Positions 18,369-27,768 of a stretch of 64,000 bases of DNA are shown here, in pieces. The translations under genes and the position numbers were made by a program. The stretch lies in the IMG/VR virus record IMGVR_UViG_3300042922_000850, positions 32,001 through 96,000 of that record. One strand, written 5' to 3'. Position 1 is the first letter of the stretch, and each line of letters opens with the position of its first letter. The stretch is from a virus. Under the pieces are notes generated by a model. It was not told where the DNA came from, did no database searches, and was given only the letters and a program-made list of their open reading frames with translations.

Positions 18369-18413
18369 AACACAGGGGCATATGCCCCTGTGTTTTATTT
18401 ATCTGTTTTATTT
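18350..18413. terminator. 64-bp perfect palindrome / bidirectional terminator (core GGGGCATATGCCCC)
   Basis: exact self-complementarity including the ends of both converging ORFs. Confidence 0.85.
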
Positions 18414-19258
18414 AATTCATTGATCGTATCTTTAAAGATTGGTCTATTCTCCTTCACTACCGATCTCTGGAGCTTATTCCCTAGGTTCTTATTGTAAACC
18501 CCGCTCTCTCCATAATTTAATCCAAGTTCCTTGTATCCATCAAGTTCTCCGGTGACACCCCTCATTTTTTTCATATATTCTTTTGTGGCTTTTGGCGCTA
18601 TTGCGGTATCAGCGGATTCATTTAAAATAACCTTTGGACTAATATGGGAGCTGGTGTCAGCCATAGGTACTCGCTGATCTTTATAAGCGATGGAAGACCT
18701 TTTACTTTTGAGGAGGTTTGATCCATGGTTTATCTCGTTTGCTTCGTGGCGATTGATAATTGCTTCCGTAAACTTTCTGTCAGTGGGGTTTTCAAAAGAC
18801 TTTAGATCGGCCCCCATTCCCTTTAATGTCTTCGTCAACTTATTAATGTCGCCCTTGTGAGCAAATCCACCACCATGTGCCCCAAGCATTGACTGAAAGC
18901 CTCCACCAGCTTCAAAAGCATCTTTCAGGTCTTGTCTATAGTCTTCTGGGTCTCCTCCAACCGATTTAATTTGATCCATAAAAAATTTCCTCGATTTTAC
19001 AGAACTAATAGCTCTATCAGCCATGTCATCAGGTGTAAACCCAGAAACGGATTTTGCACCCTTGCTCTTTAAGATATTTTCAGTCCCCTTGTTTAACCCG
19101 GCCAACTCTTTCTCATGATTTAAAACGCCACTACTCATTAGCCGATTAACCGATTTGTCGGAAAGACCGCCTACAACCTTTTTCCATGCTCTTGCCATGG
19201 CGCTTTTCTGCATTGCCTCTTTGTAAATTATGTCTTCGTAATATGCTACTTTATCCAT
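18395..19258 (-). CDS. MDKVA-tagged protein with HExxE motif (paralog of 62582-63547)
   Basis: MDKVAYYEDIIYKEA; RHEANE...HISPKVILNES. Confidence 0.6.
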   Translation of the reverse strand: MDKVAYYEDIIYKEAMQKSAMARAWKKVVGGLSDKSVNRLMSSGVLNHEKELAGLNKGTENILKSKGAKSVSGFTPDDMADRAISSVKSRKFFMDQIKSVGGDPEDYRQDLKDAFEAGGGFQSMLGAHGGGFAHKGDINKLTKTLKGMGADLKSFENPTDRKFTEAIINRHEANEINHGSNLLKSKRSSIAYKDQRVPMADTSSHISPKVILNESADTAIAPKATKEYMKKMRGVTGELDGYKELGLNYGESGVYNKNLGNKLQRSVVKENRPIFKDTINELNKTDK

Positions 19259-19271
19259 AGAACCTCCTGCT

Positions 19272-21920
19272 TTATTCTTTATCGTGAATATTTTTCGCTA
19301 TCACAGCTCCACCGGCAGCAACTCCACCAATACCAAGTAAGGATAATCCCATACCTTTGCCAAATCGCTTAGGATTATTTTTGATATAATCTAAAATTTC
19401 TTTGCCGCCTAACTTTTTGTAATTCTTACTATCTTTAAATACTTCTGGCCCAACGCTTCCTTCAAAGACAGCGGTATTTTTACGCCCAATATTATTATAA
19501 TTCATGCGATACAATGATTTAATATTATCTGCGTTGGGATCCAATTTCCTCACTTCGGACAAATATTCACTAAAATCTCTGGTTCCTCTTAGCTCCGGAT
19601 TATCTACTTCTTTGAGTTTCCATGAGGGAACAGATGCCTTTAACGTCTTTCTCTTTTTAGCCTCTTCTTGAATTTTTTTCGCTTGTTCAATCGGGTCAGA
19701 GAACACCCAACCAGCAGGGTTAGTTTTCATCGCTTCTCTTTGAGCGTAAACATTACCCACACTGTCTGCTACCATCTTTTTCCTACCAAAGTATACTTTA
19801 TTCGCCTGTTGCTCTTTGGATAGTCGTACTTGACTTGTAATATTATCCTCATCAAGAGCCTTAGAAGCATCGAGGCCGCGTTCTAAAATACTATCGACAT
19901 TGTTTCTGTGAGTGTTATGATACATCTTTTCTCTTCCTGTCAGATTTCCACGGTCAAGTTGATGCTTAGTTACTGCTGCACCCGTGATAGCGGTAGCGGC
20001 AGCCACAGCGTTCTCGTTATCATTATCTTCGTCTTTTTTTGCCGCTTTATAAATTCCCTCTTCATACATTGCGATTTTATCAATGTATGCTGCCGTCTTA
20101 TCAGCACCTCTTAACTCACTCTTAGATTTTTGTGCACCGCCAGTATAAGTTCCTTTATACACAGGAACTTCCTCCATTAACAACAGCTTAGATGCCTCCA
20201 TGCGGTGATGTCCATCAAAAAGAATTTTCTTCCCAGGAGTTTGAGGACGAATACCATTTAGTTGGTTAACTATAATGAACGGCTCCACTTTCCCCTTATC
20301 TTTTTGAATACCTTCAGCAATGCTAAGGACCTTCTCTTGCTTTATAGGCTTATTAATGCCCTGTAAGTTCTTAATTTTCTCCGTGGTCTTTTCCCACTTA
20401 TAATTCTTTGCCATAGCAAGAGCACCATCTACATTTGGCGTCTTATATTCATGAGAAGTTGCCATCATCGTAGCAACCTTGCGGGCGATGTCGTCAGAAA
20501 GAGCGGCTTCAATTGCGGGAATCTTACCATCCTTACCAACTTGGTCGTCTTCTCTGGCAGATGCAGCTTTTTCAAAGTTTGAAGATTTCTTACACTTTAA
20601 TTGTTCCATGATATGTCCTGGCGAAACCTTTTTTAAAGCTACGTCATAGTGCTTTGCCATATCTCTGAAGGTTTTAAAATGTTCTTCCGATATAATATCA
20701 ACATCCTTATCAGTGTAGTGTTCAATATCATTATCGTAACGAAGGGGTTTAAAACTTCCCTTTAATTTATACATAGAACACGGTTTATCCAAGTTTACCG
20801 CATCGGTATATTCCAGCCTAGTTCCCTTGTAATTACTTTCATCAGGGACATCTTTGTTACTGGTCTCTACCACAAACCTTGCGTTCCCATCGTTCCAACG
20901 AGCTCCAAACGCCGCCGCAAAAGAAGGATCCTTGGAGACAAAGATCACCTTACCCTTGTTGTTACCGGAAGTATCCTCAGATTTCCGAAACTTTTTAATA
21001 TCCTGAACTCTGGATGCGTGATACATAAATTGTTCTTCGGCTGTTTTAAGGATTTCTTCTTCATACATCTCAGCCTTCTTTAACCACGATTTAAAGCCTC
21101 TTACTTTTTCAGGGAGCGTACTTGCGTCCCCATCAAAATTAATGCCATTATCGTCAACGTAGGCGATTGCCGGAGGTTTTTTATCGGTAACATCATCGAC
21201 TTCGATATCATTCTCTTGCAGGTATTTTTTAATTGCATCAATCCCACCTGGTTCGGCGCAACGGGTGGACACGACGATAACCTTGTGGTCTTTGCGTAAG
21301 TCCTGAATAGCTTCTTTAATCCCCGGCACAGGTTCGTCAGGGATAATATTGTTACCCTCCCACCCGCTTTTATAAGAGTGGATAACGCCATCAAAGTCGA
21401 ATACGATGTTGGGCTTCTCTTCAGAAGCTTTCTTTTCCAAGTTATTTTTATAAATCTGACGCACCTCATTGATTACGTCATTCTCTAATCGCTCGGTCGA
21501 GCCTTTTGTTTTTGAGTAGTTCTCTTGGTAGTCCTTGGTATTCTTGGCAATATTATCGCCAATTTTGGATCCTACAGCCATTCCTGCAGTCATTCCGGCC
21601 ATAGGGAGAACAAAACCAAGACCTGCGCCGGGATATTTTTTCTTTGAAAGAAACATCGGGGTCATTCCAATGGCTGTTCCGGGGAGTAACCCAACAGCCA
21701 TCCCTTTAGTTTTTGCATCTTGCGTTTTAAGATTTAATTGCTTTTCTTTTTTGGAATTTGTATAATCTGGATGACTTTCAATTAATTCTTGGGCTTTATT
21801 GTACAGAGGATCATAATCATTCGGATCACCATCTGTCATATCATAAATTTCATTGTAAATTTTTCGACTGATTAATGCCTCTTTATAAATTTTTTGTTCA
21901 AGTTCCGTTGTCTTATCCAT
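19272..21920 (-). CDS. multi-domain tagged polyprotein: glycine zipper + HAD hydrolase + ART-like + ParB-like + ART-like/TM
   Basis: FDFDGVIH...VVSTR...KPPAIAYVDD; YHAS...IFVSKDPSFAAAFG; ILFDGHHRMEAS; YHNTHRNNVDSILERGL...VYFG; domains separated by tag copies or KxA sites. Confidence 0.65.
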   Translation of the reverse strand: MDKTTELEQKIYKEALISRKIYNEIYDMTDGDPNDYDPLYNKAQELIESHPDYTNSKKEKQLNLKTQDAKTKGMAVGLLPGTAIGMTPMFLSKKKYPGAGLGFVLPMAGMTAGMAVGSKIGDNIAKNTKDYQENYSKTKGSTERLENDVINEVRQIYKNNLEKKASEEKPNIVFDFDGVIHSYKSGWEGNNIIPDEPVPGIKEAIQDLRKDHKVIVVSTRCAEPGGIDAIKKYLQENDIEVDDVTDKKPPAIAYVDDNGINFDGDASTLPEKVRGFKSWLKKAEMYEEEILKTAEEQFMYHASRVQDIKKFRKSEDTSGNNKGKVIFVSKDPSFAAAFGARWNDGNARFVVETSNKDVPDESNYKGTRLEYTDAVNLDKPCSMYKLKGSFKPLRYDNDIEHYTDKDVDIISEEHFKTFRDMAKHYDVALKKVSPGHIMEQLKCKKSSNFEKAASAREDDQVGKDGKIPAIEAALSDDIARKVATMMATSHEYKTPNVDGALAMAKNYKWEKTTEKIKNLQGINKPIKQEKVLSIAEGIQKDKGKVEPFIIVNQLNGIRPQTPGKKILFDGHHRMEASKLLLMEEVPVYKGTYTGGAQKSKSELRGADKTAAYIDKIAMYEEGIYKAAKKDEDNDNENAVAAATAITGAAVTKHQLDRGNLTGREKMYHNTHRNNVDSILERGLDASKALDEDNITSQVRLSKEQQANKVYFGRKKMVADSVGNVYAQREAMKTNPAGWVFSDPIEQAKKIQEEAKKRKTLKASVPSWKLKEVDNPELRGTRDFSEYLSEVRKLDPNADNIKSLYRMNYNNIGRKNTAVFEGSVGPEVFKDSKNYKKLGGKEILDYIKNNPKRFGKGMGLSLLGIGGVAAGGAVIAKNIHDKE

Positions 21921-23751
21921 TTTTACCCTCCCGGCTTTTCTTTAATAAATCAAAGAGCAATTGATTTTGTTTGTCTTTGTGTTGAGCAACTTCATAAATA
22001 AATTCATCTGGCGTCCGGTATTGTGATTTAAAAATACCGAGTGTTTTTGGCATTGTAGCCATGTAGCGATTTACATTTACAGACCGGTCTTTAGGCTCCC
22101 TGTGGCTTAACCCACCACTACGAATACCTCGTGCCTCCATTTGTTTCATCTTCTCTGGATTAAAATGAGGGTCAAGAACACCTTCCCATGTGGTATCGTT
22201 TAAAGAAATACCTTCTCCGCCGGCGCCGCTAATCAGCATGACCTTCTTTGCCCTGTTGTTAAAATCAACAACATCCTTTTGGCGGCTCTCTTCAGTTACA
22301 CCTTTGTTACCTTTCCCAATAAACTTTCCATACTCAATCCCACGGTCTTTTAAACCCGCTTCAAGCGTATCTGTGCCGCCGTTAATTAAATGACTGAAAA
22401 GAAGTGCCTGACCGTCTGGAGTATTCTCTAAATGAGCCTCTAGGTCGTCTAAGAGTTTCTTGGTCTTAGGGGTAATCTTTGCGCTTTCTTCCAAAGAAAT
22501 ACCAGGATGAACTGAACCAACGCTGTTCATCAATTTTCTTTCCTCAATCATTTGATTATATGCTTTTGCAATTTCCTCATTTTTAAAGGTTTCCAGACGT
22601 TTTGCAACAATCATCTGCTTTATCTTGGGATTGTCAGAAAGCATATCTTTGTATATTTTAGCCTGCTTCTTACTAATTGGTACCTTTATGATATTGGTTT
22701 TCTTTTCAGGCATATTTGCGACATCTTTGATATCATCATTATCTAAATAATCAATATACTTGGATAATTTACTTGCCAATTCCTTCTTATAATTAAATCC
22801 AACGACAGGAATTCTCTTTTCATTTGTTCCTTGGTATTGCCTATCAGTACTTCGCTTCAGGTACCGTTTGGAAAACTCATCTTTGCTTTCTCCGAGATTA
22901 TGATTGCCATTTGATGCAACATCGACAAGAGGCAATACATCAGCAATTTCATTAGACACTACTGAACCGGTTAAGCCGATATAGTTTTTGTACAGTTTTC
23001 GGCTAGATTTCAATGTTTCCGTAGTAAGAGTATCTTCGTTTTTACCACGATGGCTCTCATCCGTTATGACTGTATCTGCTCCGCTTTCTTTTAAATATCG
23101 TTCAGGATCGCTACGAAACATTTCATAAGAAATAACATTATAATCAGAATTTGGGTCGACGTTGTGATGCGTTCCTTTTTTTATTTCGGTTTTGTTCCCG
23201 ATTACATTTACTGTGCTATCAGTAAATTTACTAACCCCTTGTTCTGCAAAGTTATTTCTAAGAGAAGCGGGGACAATTATAAGCGCTTTGTTTGCCTTCC
23301 CCTCTGCCTTTAGTTTCTCGAACCTAGCAATACCGGTAAGCGTTTTTCCACTACCAACGCCGTGCGCGTAGATTACACTGTCTCCTGGGCGATTAACAGA
23401 CTTTTCTTGATGCGGATATAATTTTACATCCGATTTCAGTGCAGCTTCTTTATAAATCATATCTTCATACATTGCTATCTTATCCATCTGAATACTCCAT
23501 TTCGGTTCATAGATTTGTTTGGTGGATTTAACACTGCGAAGGTTCTTTATTTTAAACCTACGGATGCCACCTTTTTCCGGATCGTATCCCCAGAAATCGC
23601 TACCATCTATTTTATAAGGTTCTACGTTCCGAAAAGAGATGTTGCCTTTTTTATCACAGTACTTTATCTGCACCATGTTCATATTATTGCCACCGAGTTT
23701 AAGTTTCTCTATGTGTTGTAAATCACGTTTTCCGAATTCTTTTTCCGGCAA
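21913..23751 (-). CDS. SNF2-type SF2 helicase with N-terminal WYL-like domain and internal MDKIA tag
   Basis: LYPHQ, GVGSGKT, DESH, LTGS, GGEGISL, QMEARGIR. Confidence 0.85.
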   Translation of the reverse strand: MPEKEFGKRDLQHIEKLKLGGNNMNMVQIKYCDKKGNISFRNVEPYKIDGSDFWGYDPEKGGIRRFKIKNLRSVKSTKQIYEPKWSIQMDKIAMYEDMIYKEAALKSDVKLYPHQEKSVNRPGDSVIYAHGVGSGKTLTGIARFEKLKAEGKANKALIIVPASLRNNFAEQGVSKFTDSTVNVIGNKTEIKKGTHHNVDPNSDYNVISYEMFRSDPERYLKESGADTVITDESHRGKNEDTLTTETLKSSRKLYKNYIGLTGSVVSNEIADVLPLVDVASNGNHNLGESKDEFSKRYLKRSTDRQYQGTNEKRIPVVGFNYKKELASKLSKYIDYLDNDDIKDVANMPEKKTNIIKVPISKKQAKIYKDMLSDNPKIKQMIVAKRLETFKNEEIAKAYNQMIEERKLMNSVGSVHPGISLEESAKITPKTKKLLDDLEAHLENTPDGQALLFSHLINGGTDTLEAGLKDRGIEYGKFIGKGNKGVTEESRQKDVVDFNNRAKKVMLISGAGGEGISLNDTTWEGVLDPHFNPEKMKQMEARGIRSGGLSHREPKDRSVNVNRYMATMPKTLGIFKSQYRTPDEFIYEVAQHKDKQNQLLFDLLKKSREGKNG

Positions 23752-23839
23752 ATATAATCACCCTCTTTCCGCGATATTTTTAGCTTACAGTATGATTATA
23801 AGCTAAAAATGGCAAAATATAAAGATTCTATTTTTTAAG

Positions 23840-23886
23840 GTATAAGTAATAAAAGGAAGAATCGTATTACTTCCTTTTATTACTTA
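23840..23886 (+). promoter_or_regulatory. conserved motif plus 17-bp inverted repeat leader
   Basis: TAAGTAATAAAAGGAAG-N10-CTTCCTTTTATTACTTA. Confidence 0.75.
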
Positions 23887-23902
23887 CGAAAGGAGAGTAC
23901 AT

Positions 23903-24265
23903 ATGTCGGAAGATCACAAAGCTGATCATTCCACGATTTGTTTTTGGTGTGGTACCGTGGTAGAAAAAAAGAAGATTATTAACACAGGCGATAAACACCC
24001 CCTAATGGTAATTGATTATGCGCCATGCGAGCAATGTATTGAGAAAAGAAGTAAAGGTGTAACATTTATCGAGTTCTCAGAAATCCCAAATGTTGTGGGA
24101 CAGGCGGAATTACAACCTGGTATATATCCGACAGGATCGTGGGCAGTTATGACTGAGGAAGCGGTAAGAAAATTTATGCGTCCAGAGGCGGCGCAAGATG
24201 CAATCCAAAAAAGTTTTTGTTTTTTGGACAAAGCTACTTGGAATTTATTAGGATTTAACTTATAA
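23903..24265 (+). CDS. hypothetical CxxC-containing protein
   Basis: 120 aa; RBS AAGGAG. Confidence 0.65.
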   Translation: MSEDHKADHSTICFWCGTVVEKKKIINTGDKHPLMVIDYAPCEQCIEKRSKGVTFIEFSEIPNVVGQAELQPGIYPTGSWAVMTEEAVRKFMRPEAAQDAIQKSFCFLDKATWNLLGFNL

Positions 24266-24285
24266 TAATAGGAGGACAAACTAAA

Positions 24286-24528
24286 ATGAAGAATACTGGA
24301 ATGGTAAGAAAATTGGATGACCTTGGTAGAGTTACTTTGCCAATGGAATTAAGAAGAACTATGGATATAGCAAAGCGCGATGCTCTGGAGATTTTTACAG
24401 AAGGGGAAAGTATTATTCTTCGTAAGTACGAATCAAAGAAATGCGTGTTCTGCGGAAAAACTAATGATATCGAGGAATTTAAAAATAAATTCGTATGCAG
24501 AGAATGCAAAGAAGGTTTGAAAAAGTAA
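24286..24528 (+). CDS. abrB: AbrB-family transition-state regulator
   Basis: MKNTGMVRKLDDLGRVTLPMELRRTMDI...CVFCG...CREC. Confidence 0.9.
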   Translation: MKNTGMVRKLDDLGRVTLPMELRRTMDIAKRDALEIFTEGESIILRKYESKKCVFCGKTNDIEEFKNKFVCRECKEGLKK

Positions 24529-24554
24529 CTTAATAATTGGGGGTGTAGTAACAA

Positions 24555-24842
24555 TTGAATCGCAATATTAACAAGCGGACCGATGAAATACACAGAAGAG
24601 CAATCGAAATAGCAGAATATGTTATCGAAACAGGATGCACCGTACGCCAAGCAGCAAAACGTTTTGGTGTGAGTAAAAGCACAATTCACAGAGATTTAAC
24701 AAAAACATTAATTGCAATGCATGAATATAGTCTTCATGATAATGCTGCCGTTATCATATCTGTGAATAAAGCGGAACGACATGTTCGTGGTGGTCAAGCA
24801 ACAAAGGCTCGTTGGAGAGATTTCTCAAAAGACGGCAAATAA
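24555..24842 (+). CDS. spoIIID: sporulation transcription regulator SpoIIID
   Basis: RAIEIAEYVIETGCTVRQAAKRFGVSKSTIHRDLT...NKAERHVRGGQATK. Confidence 0.9.
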   Translation: MNRNINKRTDEIHRRAIEIAEYVIETGCTVRQAAKRFGVSKSTIHRDLTKTLIAMHEYSLHDNAAVIISVNKAERHVRGGQATKARWRDFSKDGK

Positions 24843-24946
24843 ACCTTTTGTGGTAATGTCTACATAATTAAAACATCAAATAGATGCGCTGGTAATCAAC
24901 GTGTCTATTTTTTTATTTATCTTTTTTTAAAAGAAAGGAAGAAAAC

Positions 24947-25498
24947 ATGGGAAACATAGTTAATATTTATGCTGATGGAGCAAGAAGAGGAAAAGAGCCA
25001 AACTTTATCGGAGGATGGGGAACTATATTGGAAGCCCAAGGCCAAAGAAAAGAAATTTGGGGCGGACTAGTCGGAGCTTCTAATAACCAGATGGAGATGA
25101 CTGCAGTTCTCGAAGGTCTAAAAGCCATCAAAACAAACGAAGCTAGTATTAAGGTATTTTCTGACAGCGCCTACATAGTAAACTGCTTCAGAGACAAATG
25201 GTATGAAACTTGGTTAAAGAACGGATGGATGACCTCACAAAAGAAACCAGTAGAGAACAAACAAATGTGGCTTGAAATACTTAAACTGGTGTCCAAATTT
25301 ACATCGGTTACTTTCTTTCATATCGATGGACATATCAGTTTAAAGAAGCCGGATGAAGTGGCAGAGTTCCATAAGAAATTTAATCAAAAGAATAACGTAA
25401 AATTCTCACTAGAAGAATTTATTCACGTCGCAGAAAACAATGCGCGAGTAGATGTCTTAGCAGGGCAAGGCGCAGAAGATATTAAAAAATCCCTATAA
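24947..25498 (+). CDS. rnhA: ribonuclease HI
   Basis: IYADGA, GGWG, NNQMEMTA, SDSAY, PVENKQMW, NARVDVLA. Confidence 0.9.
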   Translation: MGNIVNIYADGARRGKEPNFIGGWGTILEAQGQRKEIWGGLVGASNNQMEMTAVLEGLKAIKTNEASIKVFSDSAYIVNCFRDKWYETWLKNGWMTSQKKPVENKQMWLEILKLVSKFTSVTFFHIDGHISLKKPDEVAEFHKKFNQKNNVKFSLEEFIHVAENNARVDVLAGQGAEDIKKSL

Positions 25499-25515
25499 TT
25501 TAAAGAGGTGATGAT

Positions 25516-26190
25516 ATGTCCCGTAATACATTGGTAAAACAAAATCAAAGTGCTATTGCTTCTCGTGACCATCGTGCCGAAGCAATAGCGTTCCTTGAAC
25601 AATTAATAATCGAAAAGAATAATTTCTCCGAGGAAAAACATCGTTATCATGTTGAAACAGCTAAAATGGTGTACGACGAAACATTACAATATACAACGGA
25701 AAAGGCGGGGCGTATACCTACTTTAAATGAAATCTTATCAAAAATGTATGAGTTTAACTACAAGATTTTATGGGAACTATCTACCTACGATCTGTTAAAT
25801 GGACTTGGGGAATATGGGTACAGCGACCAATTAAGTCCTGATGAACGTTATTTTTTATCAGAAAACGATTGCATTGAAGAGATATTTGAACATTGGGAAA
25901 ATTATTTGTCTATGGAATTATGTTTCAACCCACAAGAGTACCTCGGTGAATTATTATGTGAAAGTAATCTTAGCTACTATGATGATATGAATTTGCAATA
26001 CAGGCTATTAACTTTATATGATCATGCAGTGTGCGTTAATGACTGCCAAAATCTATTACTTCCCTCTTGGCATTATCAAAGTGCCGCAAGAGGGAGTGTG
26101 GCCGAAGACGCAGATTATATTATGCGTCTTCGGTTTTTAAGCGAAGAAATCAAAGAAATCAATTATGAGGAGGAAAATGATAATGAGTAA
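25516..26190 (+). CDS. hypothetical protein
   Basis: 224 aa; GAGGTG RBS. Confidence 0.65.
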   Translation: MSRNTLVKQNQSAIASRDHRAEAIAFLEQLIIEKNNFSEEKHRYHVETAKMVYDETLQYTTEKAGRIPTLNEILSKMYEFNYKILWELSTYDLLNGLGEYGYSDQLSPDERYFLSENDCIEEIFEHWENYLSMELCFNPQEYLGELLCESNLSYYDDMNLQYRLLTLYDHAVCVNDCQNLLLPSWHYQSAARGSVAEDADYIMRLRFLSEEIKEINYEEENDNE

Positions 26191-26908
26191 ATTTAAATGT
26201 CCATGTGGTCTAGAGTTTACAGAGGAGAACAACACAGAAAAGTTCTCCTCCAATGTGTTGATGAGCAGGGTGTACAAGGACGAGAAACAAGCGGCTAAGA
26301 ATTATGTTAATGCCACCTGCTTAGCATGTAAGATTGAGGGCAGAAGAACAATTGAAAGACCACGCTCCTTAATGGATATGACAACATTTAATGATGCAAG
26401 CGCAACAGATCTTATGTGCATCGCAACCAACAAAGAGTGGAAGGAACGAGAGACAGTAAAGGATTATGGAGACCAGTGCATGAATACAAAGCGTACACAA
26501 ACAATTGAAGTAATATTCCAAACGGACGATTACAGAAAAACAGTGTACAGTACATTTACAGGGAATTGCTCCATGTACGATTTAATAGAAAATGTCGTAG
26601 AAGATGTCTGGAATGCTCCAAGTGAAGCAGATAATTCACTATCCTTGCCAGCATTTTATTTCACGAACGAAGATGGTGAATGCGTGAATATTGAATTGGA
26701 ACGAGAATCAGAATTGTTCAATATGATCATCAGTGCTCGCGTCGTTGAGTTTAAGAACGAAATACTTAGCGCAGAGGAAGAAGAAAAGCAGATGGAAAAA
26801 CTCTTCGGCAGAACCGTCAAAGTACAAGATGCTAATTCTGACGAAGTAATATCGTCCGATGCAGATTATGATTTCGACGATATTGACGATGACGATGATG
26901 AAAACTAA
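26183..26908 (+). CDS. hypothetical protein, acidic C-terminus
   Basis: start MSKFKC after GAGGAGG. Confidence 0.65.
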   Translation: MSKFKCPCGLEFTEENNTEKFSSNVLMSRVYKDEKQAAKNYVNATCLACKIEGRRTIERPRSLMDMTTFNDASATDLMCIATNKEWKERETVKDYGDQCMNTKRTQTIEVIFQTDDYRKTVYSTFTGNCSMYDLIENVVEDVWNAPSEADNSLSLPAFYFTNEDGECVNIELERESELFNMIISARVVEFKNEILSAEEEEKQMEKLFGRTVKVQDANSDEVISSDADYDFDDIDDDDDEN

Positions 26909-26941
26909 TAAAAACACATATGAAAGACGAGAGGAAATAAT

Positions 26942-27529
26942 ATGAAGGTAACAATACTATTAGGAGAAAGCACACAGTATTCTATGGAGCTAGGCAATGA
27001 TAAAGCAACTGAAATGTATGCCGATTTAATAAAATACTTGCTAATGAAATCAATACAAATCATACCGGAACCAGAGCCGGAGTGTGTGCCCATAATACCA
27101 ATCTTTCACGCAGAGAATATGCAACAATCCGCAAAAGAAATTGTCTCTGTTCACGAATCTGCCGATGATGAGTCTATACCAAACCCTTTTGCAGGTATGA
27201 ATACTTTTAGCTATAAAAAGATAGTTGCATATCAATGTCCTGATTGCGGGCAAATCACAGTGAGGTTTATGGTATTGGGCGAAAGTAATATTGCTCATTG
27301 TCACTTCTGTAGAAAAGAAGGTATTGTAATCGAGACTGCAGAGATAGCTTCCTACATCTGTGAAGAATGCGCCGCTTCTGCGTATATTTGGGTTTGCAAT
27401 GGATTAAGGGAGGTTCATTGCAAAGACTGTAAAACTCCGATCAATCTATTCCGCGATAGTATGGATGAAAATAAATTAAAGTCAGCAGGCTTAATAAATA
27501 AGAGCGGACACAGTAAGAAAAGGAGATAG
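26942..27529 (+). CDS. multi-CxxC zinc-ribbon protein
   Basis: CPDC, CHFC, CEEC, CKDC; similar architecture to 33105-33794. Confidence 0.65.
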   Translation: MKVTILLGESTQYSMELGNDKATEMYADLIKYLLMKSIQIIPEPEPECVPIIPIFHAENMQQSAKEIVSVHESADDESIPNPFAGMNTFSYKKIVAYQCPDCGQITVRFMVLGESNIAHCHFCRKEGIVIETAEIASYICEECAASAYIWVCNGLREVHCKDCKTPINLFRDSMDENKLKSAGLINKSGHSKKRR

Positions 27530-27534
27530 CCTAT

Positions 27535-27765
27535 ATGCCAAGACAATTAGGAGAGCTACATCCTTGCAATGGAGGTTGTTGGTTCTGCCACAATGGATTT
27601 AGTGATCTAAAAGACAAAGCATTTTCTTATGAGTTTGATACTAATTTACATATCTCTTGCTTGTTAGATGAGTTAAGAGAAAACCCGAATAATGAAGAAG
27701 CAAAATTGATAGCAAAAGAATATGGCATCAAGTATAATAATAATGAGTTGAGCGGGGAGATATAA
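27535..27765 (+). CDS. hypothetical protein
   Basis: 76 aa; RBS AGGAG. Confidence 0.55.
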   Translation: MPRQLGELHPCNGGCWFCHNGFSDLKDKAFSYEFDTNLHISCLLDELRENPNNEEAKLIAKEYGIKYNNNELSGEI

Positions 27766-27768
27766 CAT

